From Bacillota bacterium (lineage in GTDB: Bacteria > Bacillota > Sulfobacillia > Fermentithermobacillales > Fermentithermobacillaceae), in assembly GCA_050952065.1 (NCBI GenBank), contig JBMNKF010000007.1, forward strand, positions 145,127-209,126: a stretch of 64,000 nt of DNA, read 5' to 3'. Both the position numbers and the translations under genes were made by a program. How positions within the stretch are numbered: the stretch's first letter is position 1; each line of letters starts with the position of its first letter. Positions 9,931-18,828 of this stretch are shown piece after piece. The notes below the pieces were generated by a model. The model was given only the letters and a program-made list of their open reading frames with translations, made no database searches and was not told where the DNA came from.

Positions 9931-10962
9931 TTGAAGGTTTCCCAGTTTGATTACCATCTGCCTCCCGAGTTGATCGCTCAGAAGTTCTTGACCAACCGTG
10001 ACCAGTCTCGGCTCTTGGTGGTGGACAGGCGGGACGGAAGCATAAGTCACAGGATGTTTCGAGATCTTTGGGAGTATATACCAAGAGATGATCTCCTGGT
10101 GGTAAACGACACCAAAGTCATTCGTGCCAGGCTTTTGGGGCGACGAGCCACGGGCGGAAAAGTTGAGGTTCTCCTCCTCAAGCCCCTAGGCGATGATCGT
10201 TGGGAGTGCCTAGTTAGGCCCGGGCACAAGGTGCGAACGGGGGACATGCTCTATATTGGCACCAGGGAAGAAGCCGAGCTACAAGGTCAGGTCATGTCTT
10301 CCACCGATTTCGGGGGAAGAGTCATCCGATGGCAATACCAAGGGTCTTGGGATGAACTGCTTGAAAGGGTTGGCGAGGTTCCGCTTCCTCCATACATAAA
10401 GGCTCCTCTTGACGAAGTCTCACGATATCAGACTGTGTACGCTCGAGTTCCTGGATCGGCGGCAGCCCCCACAGCGGGACTTCACTTCACGACCGAGTTG
10501 ATGTCGGCTCTTAAAGATAAGGGCGTTCGCATAGAGTCCTTGACGCTTAACGTTGGATTGGGCACTTTTCGCCCTGTCAAGGAAGAGGTCATAGAAGACC
10601 ACAAGATGCACCAAGAGAGATTTGTGGTTCCTCCGAGGCTCGTTGATGCCATCTCGTCTCTCAGAGAGAGGCAAGGGCATCTTTGGGCAGTGGGGACCAC
10701 TGTGGTAAGGGCCTTAGAGAGCGCGAGCGCAGGTTCAGGATTGGTGCGGCCCATGGACGGCGAGACCGACCTCTTCATATATCCCGGATACCGTTTCGAG
10801 GTTGTGGACCATCTTGTAACCAATTTCCATCTGCCCAAGTCCACTCTCCTCATGATGGTTAGCGCTTTTGCAGGTACAGAACTAATCATGGAGGCGTATC
10901 GGGAGGCCGTACGCCTGCGCTACCGGTTTTTCTCTCTAGGTGACGCCATGCTCATTCTGTAA
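9931..10962 (+). CDS. queA: S-adenosylmethionine:tRNA ribosyltransferase-isomerase QueA
   Basis: FDY.LP.ELIAQ, PLPPYI, GSAAAPTAGLHF, TNFHLPKSTL; TTG start. Confidence 0.97.
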   Translation: MKVSQFDYHLPPELIAQKFLTNRDQSRLLVVDRRDGSISHRMFRDLWEYIPRDDLLVVNDTKVIRARLLGRRATGGKVEVLLLKPLGDDRWECLVRPGHKVRTGDMLYIGTREEAELQGQVMSSTDFGGRVIRWQYQGSWDELLERVGEVPLPPYIKAPLDEVSRYQTVYARVPGSAAAPTAGLHFTTELMSALKDKGVRIESLTLNVGLGTFRPVKEEVIEDHKMHQERFVVPPRLVDAISSLRERQGHLWAVGTTVVRALESASAGSGLVRPMDGETDLFIYPGYRFEVVDHLVTNFHLPKSTLLMMVSAFAGTELIMEAYREAVRLRYRFFSLGDAMLIL

Positions 10963-10995
10963 TGCATGTCCGCCACTAGAAAAGGAGGCGTGTGT

Positions 10996-12123
10996 TTGAC
11001 TGTTCTAGACCACCACGTAGAGTTCACTAGAGGTCAAGCGAGGCTTGGCAGTCTGCGTACTCCTCACGGGGCAGTAGAAACCCCCGTGTTCATGCCCGTG
11101 GGTACTCAAGCCACCGTCAAGTCTTGTCTCCCAGAGGACATCTGGGAGACCGGAACACGCATACTCCTGTCAAACGCATATCATCTATACCTTCGGCCTG
11201 GTCTCGATGTATTGCGAGCGGCCGGCGGACTTCACAAGTTCATGAACTGGGATGGAGCGATCCTGACAGACAGCGGCGGTTTTCAAGTCATGAGCCTAGG
11301 TCATATGGTATCCATCACCGACGAAGCCGCTACTTTCCGATCCCATATAGACGGACGTTTGGTGACGTTTTGCCCTGAGGACTCCATTGAGGCCCAGATA
11401 GTCATGGGCTCTGACATAGTAATGTGTTTGGACCAGTGTTCTCCCTATCCGGTGTCGCTGGATGAAGCATCTCAGGCCGTCCGACGTACGCTCCTCTGGG
11501 CTAAGAGGGCTCTGGCGGTCGAAATGCCCAAGACCCAGGCTCTGTTCGGAATAGTCCAGGGCTCAACATATAACTCGTTGCGCAGGTATTGTGCTATGGA
11601 ATTAGCCGCCATGGATTTCTCGGGGTATGCTCTGGGAGGTCTGGCGGTGGGAGAGCCCAAGGATGAGTTTTACGACACTTTGGCCTACACAATGAGTTTT
11701 CTCCCCGAACACAAGCCGAGGTACCTTATGGGAGTGGGGCACCCCTTGGACCTGGTTGAAGGTGCCTTGGCAGGGGTCGACATGTTCGATTGCGTACTGC
11801 CCACGCGAAATGCCCGGCACGGCAGGGCTTTTACTATGCATGGCTCAGTGAATCTCAAGAATGCCCAATTCAGGGCAGAACAGGCGCCCATAGAAGAGGG
11901 CTGCGACTGCAGAGCCTGCCGGGGTTTTTCTCGGTCATATATAAGGCACCTTTTTGCGTCGGGCGAAAGCCTTGCCCAGACTCTGGTATCGATCCACAAT
12001 ATTCGGTTCTTCCAGCGCTTCATGGCCGCACTCAGAGAAGCCATACGCTTGGGCAGCCAGTGGAGTTTCCGGGAGGAGGTTAGGAGAGTATATCCCATAG
12101 AGGCCAAGGGTACACGTGGATGA
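10996..12123 (+). CDS. tgt: tRNA-guanine transglycosylase
   Basis: TPVFMPVGT, LTDSGGFQ, DMFDCVLPTRNAR, CDC..C zinc site. Confidence 0.97.
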   Translation: MTVLDHHVEFTRGQARLGSLRTPHGAVETPVFMPVGTQATVKSCLPEDIWETGTRILLSNAYHLYLRPGLDVLRAAGGLHKFMNWDGAILTDSGGFQVMSLGHMVSITDEAATFRSHIDGRLVTFCPEDSIEAQIVMGSDIVMCLDQCSPYPVSLDEASQAVRRTLLWAKRALAVEMPKTQALFGIVQGSTYNSLRRYCAMELAAMDFSGYALGGLAVGEPKDEFYDTLAYTMSFLPEHKPRYLMGVGHPLDLVEGALAGVDMFDCVLPTRNARHGRAFTMHGSVNLKNAQFRAEQAPIEEGCDCRACRGFSRSYIRHLFASGESLAQTLVSIHNIRFFQRFMAALREAIRLGSQWSFREEVRRVYPIEAKGTRG

Positions 12124-12195
12124 AAGGTGATCTAGGGTCTGCGTCGAAAGAGTGTGATAGAGGCGGACAAACGCTAGCAAAGGAGGTCGGAAAGG

Positions 12196-12474
12196 ATGCC
12201 GTCTGAAGGAGCAAATCCGTTTTACTCCACCATCATATGGATGGTCGTGTTGTTTGGCTTGATGTATTTCATGATGATCAGGCCACAGCAGAAGGAGCAG
12301 AGAGCCAGGGCCGAGATGATCAGGAATCTTAAGCCCGGCGATAAGATAGTAACGGTCGGTGGCCTCATCGGGGTAATAACCAAGGTGGAGGATTCTACGC
12401 TGAAGGTTAGAGTGGCTGAAAAGGTAGAGGTCGATCTCTACACCACCGGGGTCCAAAGGGTGCTGGCAGACTAA
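12196..12474 (+). CDS. yajC: Preprotein translocase subunit YajC
   Basis: YFMMIRPQQK, LKPGDKIVTVGG. Confidence 0.95.
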   Translation: MPSEGANPFYSTIIWMVVLFGLMYFMMIRPQQKEQRARAEMIRNLKPGDKIVTVGGLIGVITKVEDSTLKVRVAEKVEVDLYTTGVQRVLAD

Positions 12475-12535
12475 GGACTTTTGTGTTCCGGGTACATACC
12501 AAAGGCTCTATCAATATGGATCTTGACAGTAGTCC

Positions 12536-12563
12536 AATCCGGACGATCTTCGTCCGGATTTTT
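12536..12563 (+). terminator. Intrinsic terminator after yajC
   Basis: Perfect 11-bp stem aatccggacga-tct-tcgtccggatt followed by ttt. Confidence 0.7.
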
Positions 12564-12697
12564 CGTGTATAATCCCAAGTGTGGAAGGACTTCTTCCGGC
12601 GTTCGTCGAATATCATTGGCTGGGAGAAGAAGGGCCATTAAGCATCCGAAACGATCCATTGCCAGGAATGGTCTTGCCAACGCAAGGAGTGTGTTGT

Positions 12698-13735
12698 TTG
12701 GAAGACGTAGACAGCTTCGAACTGCAACGAAAAGGCGGACTTCCCGTCTACCTTCAGGTGAAGCAACAGGTAGAAAAGCTCATCACATCCGGTCACTGGG
12801 ACAAAGGACAGAGGCTTCCTACAGAGCGCGCTTTGGCAGCCGAGTTGGGTGTGAGCCGGAATACTGTGAGTCTCGCCTACAGGCAATTAGAAGCGGAAGG
12901 GCTCATAACGTCAAGGCAAGGCAGGGGTACGTTCGTGGCTGAGGCTGACGATCTTCTGAGGCTAGAGAACAAGCGCGAACGTCTTGCCCGAGTAATTGAC
13001 AGCGCCTTGGAAGACAGTCTGTCTTTGGGAGTGAGTCCCGAGGAGTTCTTATCCTTTGCGAGCAAGAGGGTAGATGAGCGTCGAAGAATGCTTTCAGAAG
13101 TCAAAATGGCCTTCGTGGAATGCAACCGCGAGCAGCTTGACTACTTTAGCAAGGAACTGGAGATAGGCACCGGAGTTCGGGTCCTGCCGGTTCTAACCGA
13201 CGATCTGATTGCTAAGGAGCCTTCGGCTATGGAAACGATCAATAGTGCCGACTTGGTAGTCACAACCTTTTTCCACTTGGACGAAGTGCGCTCCATCCTT
13301 CCGGAAATGTCCGATGACATCATCGGCATAGCCCTGGATCCGGGCATCGAGTCGATAGTCCGCATTGCTCGTCTTGCCCCGGGCAGCAAAGTGCTTCTGG
13401 TGTGCCTATCGGACCGGTTTGCCGAGAGGATTCAAAAGTCAATGGATATCGCAGGAATAACGGAGCTTTCCATGGAGGTCACAACCGAAAGAGATCTACA
13501 AGAAGTCCAAGAGAGGATATCGGGCAAGAAGGCGGTAATCGTGTCTCCGGGCAGGTATCGAGAAGTCGCCTCGATGGTCAAACGAGGCACTCAAGTGATA
13601 GAGTTCATCTACAAACCTGACGCGGGATCTGTCAATTTGCTCCGGTCCTCAGTATTGGAGCACAGGAAAAAGAAGAGGCAGGAGGGGGTCGAGCGTGATA
13701 CAACAAGCACAGTGGGAAGTAGCGATCAACCCTAA
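12698..13735 (+). CDS. GntR-family transcriptional regulator (YtrA-like HTH plus long C-terminal domain)
   Basis: P.YLQV, LPTERALAAELGVSRNTVSLAY.QLE.EG...RQGRGTFV; TTG start after AAGGAG. Confidence 0.9.
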   Translation: MEDVDSFELQRKGGLPVYLQVKQQVEKLITSGHWDKGQRLPTERALAAELGVSRNTVSLAYRQLEAEGLITSRQGRGTFVAEADDLLRLENKRERLARVIDSALEDSLSLGVSPEEFLSFASKRVDERRRMLSEVKMAFVECNREQLDYFSKELEIGTGVRVLPVLTDDLIAKEPSAMETINSADLVVTTFFHLDEVRSILPEMSDDIIGIALDPGIESIVRIARLAPGSKVLLVCLSDRFAERIQKSMDIAGITELSMEVTTERDLQEVQERISGKKAVIVSPGRYREVASMVKRGTQVIEFIYKPDAGSVNLLRSSVLEHRKKKRQEGVERDTTSTVGSSDQP

Positions 13736-13904
13736 GTGGTGTAAGAAGTGCGGGTTGTGCGCGGCTTTTTGCCCGAAGGCAGTAATCGTGCAAACGGCCG
13801 GAGAGCCCAAAGTCCAGGATGAGAGCGCTTGCATAGGCTGCTTGATGTGTGAGATGCACTGTCCTGACTTTGCGATCGCTGTCAGGAGGAGAGAGACAAA
13901 ATGA
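13695..13904 (+). CDS. 2[4Fe-4S] ferredoxin, delta subunit of 2-oxoacid:ferredoxin oxidoreductase
   Basis: CKKCGLCAAFCP and CIGCLMCEMHCPDFAI. Confidence 0.93.
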   Translation: MIQQAQWEVAINPKWCKKCGLCAAFCPKAVIVQTAGEPKVQDESACIGCLMCEMHCPDFAIAVRRRETK

Positions 13905-15043
13905 CCAAAAATGGACCGAAACTCCTGCAGGGCAACGAAGCATGTGTAGAGGGAGCTTTGGCAGCCGGACTAAGGTTCTTCGCTGGCTATCCAATTACTC
14001 CATCTACTGAAATTGCTGAGCTCTGCTCCTTAAGACTCCCCCAAGTCGGGGGCAAATTCATGCAGATGGAAGACGAGATAGCCAGCATGGCAGCGGTATG
14101 CGGCGCGTCCTTGGCCGGTCTGAAGGCTATGACCGCCACCAGTGGCCCCGGGTTTTCCCTAAAGCAGGAGAACCTCGGCTTTGCAGTACAGGCGGAGCTC
14201 CCGTGCGTAGTAGTCAACGTTCAGCGTGTAGGCCCGTCAACAGGAATGCCCACCTCAACCGCTCAGGGAGACGTCATGCAGGCAAGATGGGGCTCCCACG
14301 GTGATCACGAGATGGTGGCACTGGCTCCTTCGTCCGTACTGGAATGCTATACGCTAACGATAGAGGCATTTAACATTGCAGAGAAGCTTCGCACGCCTGT
14401 GATCATGCTGATGGACGAGATGATCGGTCACCTTCGGGAAAAAGTCGTGCTCCCCGAATCCTATACCGTTATCGACAGAGAGAAGCCGCCTGCCGATAAA
14501 GCTTCGTACAAGCCATACGGCCCAGGTCAGGGCTCGCTTCCTGATGTGGCGCCTCTTGCCGCTTTTGGAACGGGATATCGTTTCCACGTGACAGGTCTTA
14601 CCCACGGAGAGGACGGTTTTCCAACCAATAGCCCGGCTATTGGAGAGAAGCAGATCAGCCGGATAGCGAACAAGATCAGCTCAAGAAGAGACGGACTATC
14701 CATGTTCGAAGAGCTCCTGGTGGACGATGCTGAGGTGTTTGTGGTTGCATGGGGCGGTACTGCCAGATCCGCAAGAATGGCTGTGCGCGAAGCGAGAGCT
14801 CAAGGGATCAAGGCGGGCCTCATCAAGATCATGAGCGTTTGGCCTTTCCCTGAAAAGGCCATGGCCAAGATCAGGCAGGGGTCACCCAAAGCAGTCATCG
14901 TTCCCGAGATGAACCTCGGCCAGTACGTATGGCCTGTAAGGAGAGCGGTGGGCGACGCTTGCCCGGTGTACCAAGTCAACAAGATCGCCGGCCAGCTTAT
15001 TGAGCCCGAAGAGATTCTCAAATCCATAAAGGAGGCGATGTAG
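13901..15043 (+). CDS. 2-oxoacid:ferredoxin oxidoreductase alpha subunit (KorA-like)
   Basis: GNEAC, AGYPITPSTE, QMEDE, TATSGPGFSLKQE, QRVGPSTGMPT, PEMNLGQ. Confidence 0.94.
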   Translation: MTKNGPKLLQGNEACVEGALAAGLRFFAGYPITPSTEIAELCSLRLPQVGGKFMQMEDEIASMAAVCGASLAGLKAMTATSGPGFSLKQENLGFAVQAELPCVVVNVQRVGPSTGMPTSTAQGDVMQARWGSHGDHEMVALAPSSVLECYTLTIEAFNIAEKLRTPVIMLMDEMIGHLREKVVLPESYTVIDREKPPADKASYKPYGPGQGSLPDVAPLAAFGTGYRFHVTGLTHGEDGFPTNSPAIGEKQISRIANKISSRRDGLSMFEELLVDDAEVFVVAWGGTARSARMAVREARAQGIKAGLIKIMSVWPFPEKAMAKIRQGSPKAVIVPEMNLGQYVWPVRRAVGDACPVYQVNKIAGQLIEPEEILKSIKEAM

Positions 15044-15044
15044 C

Positions 15045-15869
15045 GTGGCCCTTCCTGTGGAAAAGTACTTGCGGGTCAATAAACTGCCTCACATCTGGTG
15101 TCCCGGTTGCGGACACGGTATTGTCACCCAGGCTATCGTCAGAGCCATTGACGAACTGGGGCTAGACACCGAGAAGACAGTGGTGGTTTCGGGCATAGGG
15201 TGCTCATCCAGGGCCCCGGGGTATCTGCATTTTGACACGCTTCACACCACCCACGGGCGTGCGTTGCCTTTTGCTACGGGCATCAAGATGGCCAATCCTG
15301 AACTCAGGGTTATTGTAATCACAGGTGACGGCGATGCCTCGGCTATTGGCGGAAACCACTTGATTCACGCTGCTAGGCGCAATATCGATCTCACAGTAAT
15401 ATGCTTCAACAACACCATTTACGGGATGACTTCCGGTCAGTATTCGCCCTTGACCCCGGTGGGCTCGTTCGCCTCCACTGCACCTTACGGTATGTTGGAG
15501 CCCAATTTCGACCTGTGCGACTTGGTAGCGGGAGCAGGCGGGACCTTTGTGGCAAGAGGGACGACCTATCACATCCGACCTCTCACCAACCTCATCAAGC
15601 AAGCTCTTCAGCATGACGGTTTCGCCTTCGTTGAGGCGCTGTCTCAGTGTCCCACCTACTATGGACGACGTAACAGGCTCCGGAATCCTCTAGACATGAT
15701 GAACTGGTACAGAGATCACGCAGTAAGTGTGGCGGCTTTCAACAAACTTGGCGATGAAGAGAAGGCAGGCAAGTTCCCCATTGGCTTAATCAAGAAGAGC
15801 GATGCTCCTGAGTTTAGTAAGGTTTACTCCCAGCTCATTGAAAGAATCAATGAAAGGAGCGAGGAGTAA
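15045..15869 (+). CDS. 2-oxoacid:ferredoxin oxidoreductase beta subunit (TPP-binding)
   Basis: WCPGCG, SGIGCS, HTTHGR, GDGD...IGGNH, NN.IYGMT.GQ. Confidence 0.95.
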   Translation: MALPVEKYLRVNKLPHIWCPGCGHGIVTQAIVRAIDELGLDTEKTVVVSGIGCSSRAPGYLHFDTLHTTHGRALPFATGIKMANPELRVIVITGDGDASAIGGNHLIHAARRNIDLTVICFNNTIYGMTSGQYSPLTPVGSFASTAPYGMLEPNFDLCDLVAGAGGTFVARGTTYHIRPLTNLIKQALQHDGFAFVEALSQCPTYYGRRNRLRNPLDMMNWYRDHAVSVAAFNKLGDEEKAGKFPIGLIKKSDAPEFSKVYSQLIERINERSEE

Positions 15870-16420
15870 TGCGAAAAGAGTTCAGATTGGCTGGAGAAGG
15901 CGGACAGGGGCTTATCACCGCAGGCATCATTCTGGCATCTGCCGCTGCGGAACACACTCCTCTGAACGCAGTTCAGTCTCAGTCATATGGTCCGGAATCT
16001 AGGGGCGGGGCATCAAAGGCCGACGTTATCATCTCGGACCAAGAGATAGACTACCCCGAGGTCAAGTCTCCCCACTATATGGTGGTCATGGCCCAGGAAG
16101 CGTGCGACAAGTACGTTCCAGCGGTGGCCCCGGGAGGCACCGTAATAGTAGACACCACTTATGTTAAGTCTGTGCCCCAAGTTGATGCCAAGATCATCAG
16201 CTACCCGATTAGCGAGAAAGCGCGGGAATTGGGCAGGGAAATAGTCGCCAACATAGTTGCTCTTGGTCTTCTTGTAGGGACGACTGAGGTGGTACCTGCA
16301 GATGCTGTATTGTCGTCGGTTCTCGCCCGCATTCCCAAAGGGACCGAGGAGCTCAACAAGAAAGCGTTCCAGGTCGGTCTCGATGCTGCTAAAGAAGTTT
16401 TGGGCGGCGAGATACGGTAG
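15869..16420 (+). CDS. 2-oxoacid:ferredoxin oxidoreductase gamma subunit
   Basis: GEGGQG, SYGPESRGG, ANIVALG. Confidence 0.94.
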   Translation: MRKEFRLAGEGGQGLITAGIILASAAAEHTPLNAVQSQSYGPESRGGASKADVIISDQEIDYPEVKSPHYMVVMAQEACDKYVPAVAPGGTVIVDTTYVKSVPQVDAKIISYPISEKARELGREIVANIVALGLLVGTTEVVPADAVLSSVLARIPKGTEELNKKAFQVGLDAAKEVLGGEIR

Positions 16421-16542
16421 GAGACTTGTCCCGGATTTCTAGGCGTTTGGAGAAGACTAGAGTAGACTAGACGTGAGGACGGAGGTCCGCCCCAACTACT
16501 GGCGGCCGGGCCTCCTTTGAAAGAGGGGGCAGAGAAAACCAA

Positions 16543-18210
16543 GTGGCTAACGACGAGATTAGGGCCGCCAAGGAAAAGTGGGAACAGGGCCCGGTTGCTA
16601 AAGTGATTGGAAGGTTTCCGGAACGCAAGAAGGAGTTCCAAACGGATTCGGGAATCGTAGTTGACCGTGCCTATACTCCTGCCGATTTGGGTGATTGGGA
16701 GTACTTGACCAAGTTGGGTTTCCCTGGGGAGTATCCTTTCACAAGAGGAGTCCAACCTACGATGTATCGAGGCCGTCTTTGGACGATGCGCCAGTACGCG
16801 GGGTTTGGCACGGCTGAGGAAACCAACGAGAGATTCCGCTTTCTGCTGGAGCAGGGCCAGACAGGGCTCTCCGTAGCTTTTGACCTTCCAACTCAGGTAG
16901 GTTACGACTCGGACCATGCTATGTCTGAAGGTGAAGTTGGCCGAGTAGGGGTAGCCATTGACTCTTTGGAAGATGCCGAGACAGTGTTCGAAGGCATTCC
17001 CTTGGACAAAGTCTCAACCTCAATGACGATCAACGCTCCCGCATCGGTACTCCTTGCCATGTATCAGGCAGTGGGCGAGAAGCAGGGAGTTGCGGCGGAA
17101 AAGCTACAAGGTACAGTCCAGAACGACATACTTAAAGAGTACGTGGCAAGGGGAACATACATCTTCCCTCCGGCTCCATCAATGAGGCTGGTTACGGATA
17201 TTTTTGATTATTGCTCCAAGGTGATTCCAGGTTGGAACACCATTTCAATTAGCGGCTACCACATAAGAGAGGCGGGTGCCACGGCTGTCCAGGAGGTAGC
17301 GTTTACTCTGGCAGACGGTATCGCCTATGTGCAAGCGGCTGTGGATAAGGGTCTTGATGTAGACGCGTTCGCAGGTAGGCTATCGTTCTTCTTTAACGCT
17401 CAAATGAACTTCTTGGAAGAAGTCGCCAAGTTCAGGGCCGCCAGGAGACTTTGGGCCAGGATCATGAAGGAAAGATTCCAAGCCAAGAACCCGAAGTCAT
17501 GGATGCTCCGGTTCCATACTCAGACCGCAGGTTCATCTCTCACCGCTCAGCAACCCGACAACAACATTATTCGCACAACTCTCGAGGCGCTCGCGGCGGT
17601 CTTGGGTGGAACGCAGTCGCTGCACACCAACTCCAGGGATGAGGCGCTTGCTCTACCGACCGAGGAGTCTGTGCGTATCGCTCTTCGAACGCAGCAGATC
17701 ATCGCTCACGAATCGGGTGTTGCCGACAGTATCGATCCCTTGGCGGGAAGCTATTACATCGAGAGACTCACCGACGAGATCGAAGCCAAGGCCGAAGAGT
17801 ACATTAAGAAGATTGACGACATGGGCGGAGCCGTAGCCGCAATCGAACAGGGCTATATGCAACGAGAGATTCAGGATAGCGCCTACCGCTACCAGAAATC
17901 GGTGGAGTCTCGTGAGCGTCTCGTTGTTGGTGTGAATTCCTTCGAGATCAAGGAAGGGAAGCCCACGGGGCTTCTCCGAGTTAACCCGGAAATAGCAGAG
18001 GCCCAGAAGAAGCGACTTCGGGAGCTTCGCAATCGCAGGGATGGGGCCGCTGTCAGGTCGGCTTTGAAGGCCGTAGAGACCGCCGCCAAGGGCACCGATA
18101 ACCTGATGCCCTACGTGCTGGATGCAGTGAAGGCTTACGCCACTATCGGCGAGATCTGCGACGTGCTGCGGGAAGTGTTCGGCTCTTATAGGCCAGGGTC
18201 CTGGGTGTAG
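16543..18210 (+). CDS. Methylmalonyl-CoA mutase, large (substrate-binding) subunit
   Basis: PFTRG, MRQYAGF (Tyr in the MCM specificity position), [21 protein letters not shown]; no C-terminal B12-binding domain. Confidence 0.93.
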   Translation: MANDEIRAAKEKWEQGPVAKVIGRFPERKKEFQTDSGIVVDRAYTPADLGDWEYLTKLGFPGEYPFTRGVQPTMYRGRLWTMRQYAGFGTAEETNERFRFLLEQGQTGLSVAFDLPTQVGYDSDHAMSEGEVGRVGVAIDSLEDAETVFEGIPLDKVSTSMTINAPASVLLAMYQAVGEKQGVAAEKLQGTVQNDILKEYVARGTYIFPPAPSMRLVTDIFDYCSKVIPGWNTISISGYHIREAGATAVQEVAFTLADGIAYVQAAVDKGLDVDAFAGRLSFFFNAQMNFLEEVAKFRAARRLWARIMKERFQAKNPKSWMLRFHTQTAGSSLTAQQPDNNIIRTTLEALAAVLGGTQSLHTNSRDEALALPTEESVRIALRTQQIIAHESGVADSIDPLAGSYYIERLTDEIEAKAEEYIKKIDDMGGAVAAIEQGYMQREIQDSAYRYQKSVESRERLVVGVNSFEIKEGKPTGLLRVNPEIAEAQKKRLRELRNRRDGAAVRSALKAVETAAKGTDNLMPYVLDAVKAYATIGEICDVLREVFGSYRPGSWV

Positions 18211-18227
18211 AGACCTAGTAAAGACCT

Positions 18228-18261
18228 ATATCTAGCACCCATATCTAGAGGCGATATCTAG
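18228..18261. repeat. Three copies of ATATCTAG at 13-nt period
   Basis: Copies at 18228, 18241 and 18254; AGACCTA also occurs at 18211 and 18222. Confidence 0.75.
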
Positions 18262-18276
18262 AGGGGAGGGTTTCAA

Positions 18277-18675
18277 GTGATCACCAAAATAAGCCATCTT
18301 GGCATAGCAGTAAAAGACCTGAATGCGGCCATAAAGACACTGGAAGAAGGTTTTGGCCTTAGTGCCGAAGGCAAAGACGTGGTAGAGTCCCAGAAGGTCA
18401 CCGTGGCCTTCATCCCGGTGGGAGAGTCTAGGCTTGAGCTTTTGGAGCCAACTTCCGAGGACAGCCCAATAGCGAAATTCTTGGCCAGCAGAGGAGAGGG
18501 ACTCCACCATGTGGCCCTCTGCACTGACGATGTGGCGGGAGCGCTCAAGGATGCCGAAGCGAACGGCCTTCGGCTAATTGACAAGGAGCCCAGGCCCGGA
18601 GCCCACGGTACCAAGGTAGGTTTTGTGCACCCCAAGAGCACTTGCGGGGTACTCTTCGAGCTGGTGCAGGAGTAG
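18277..18675 (+). CDS. mce: Methylmalonyl-CoA epimerase
   Basis: SHLGIAV, LELLEP, GEGLHHVA, FVHPK..GVLFEL. Confidence 0.94.
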   Translation: MITKISHLGIAVKDLNAAIKTLEEGFGLSAEGKDVVESQKVTVAFIPVGESRLELLEPTSEDSPIAKFLASRGEGLHHVALCTDDVAGALKDAEANGLRLIDKEPRPGAHGTKVGFVHPKSTCGVLFELVQE

Positions 18676-18764
18676 AAAAGTCCGCCAGTCATTGCGCGTA
18701 GTTTGATCTACAACATAAACGTGTCAGTCGGCTCCAGAACGATTACGTTCTCGAGCTGCAAAGG

Positions 18765-18802
18765 AAGAACCCTGGGAGGTTTCCTCTCTCGGGGTTCTTT
18801 CT
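18765..18802 (+). terminator. Intrinsic terminator of the kor-mcm-mce operon
   Basis: aagaaccctgggagg ... ctctctcggggttctt stem followed by tct. Confidence 0.7.
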
Positions 18803-18828
18803 CACAATGGTCTCCAAGGCTAAAGTAA

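Noticed and set aside
16421-16542. Cobalamin riboswitch or GntR operator upstream of the mutase
   Set aside because: Only a GC hairpin (ggaggtcc...gggcctcc) and a short AGACTAGA duplication; no B12-box or clear palindrome.
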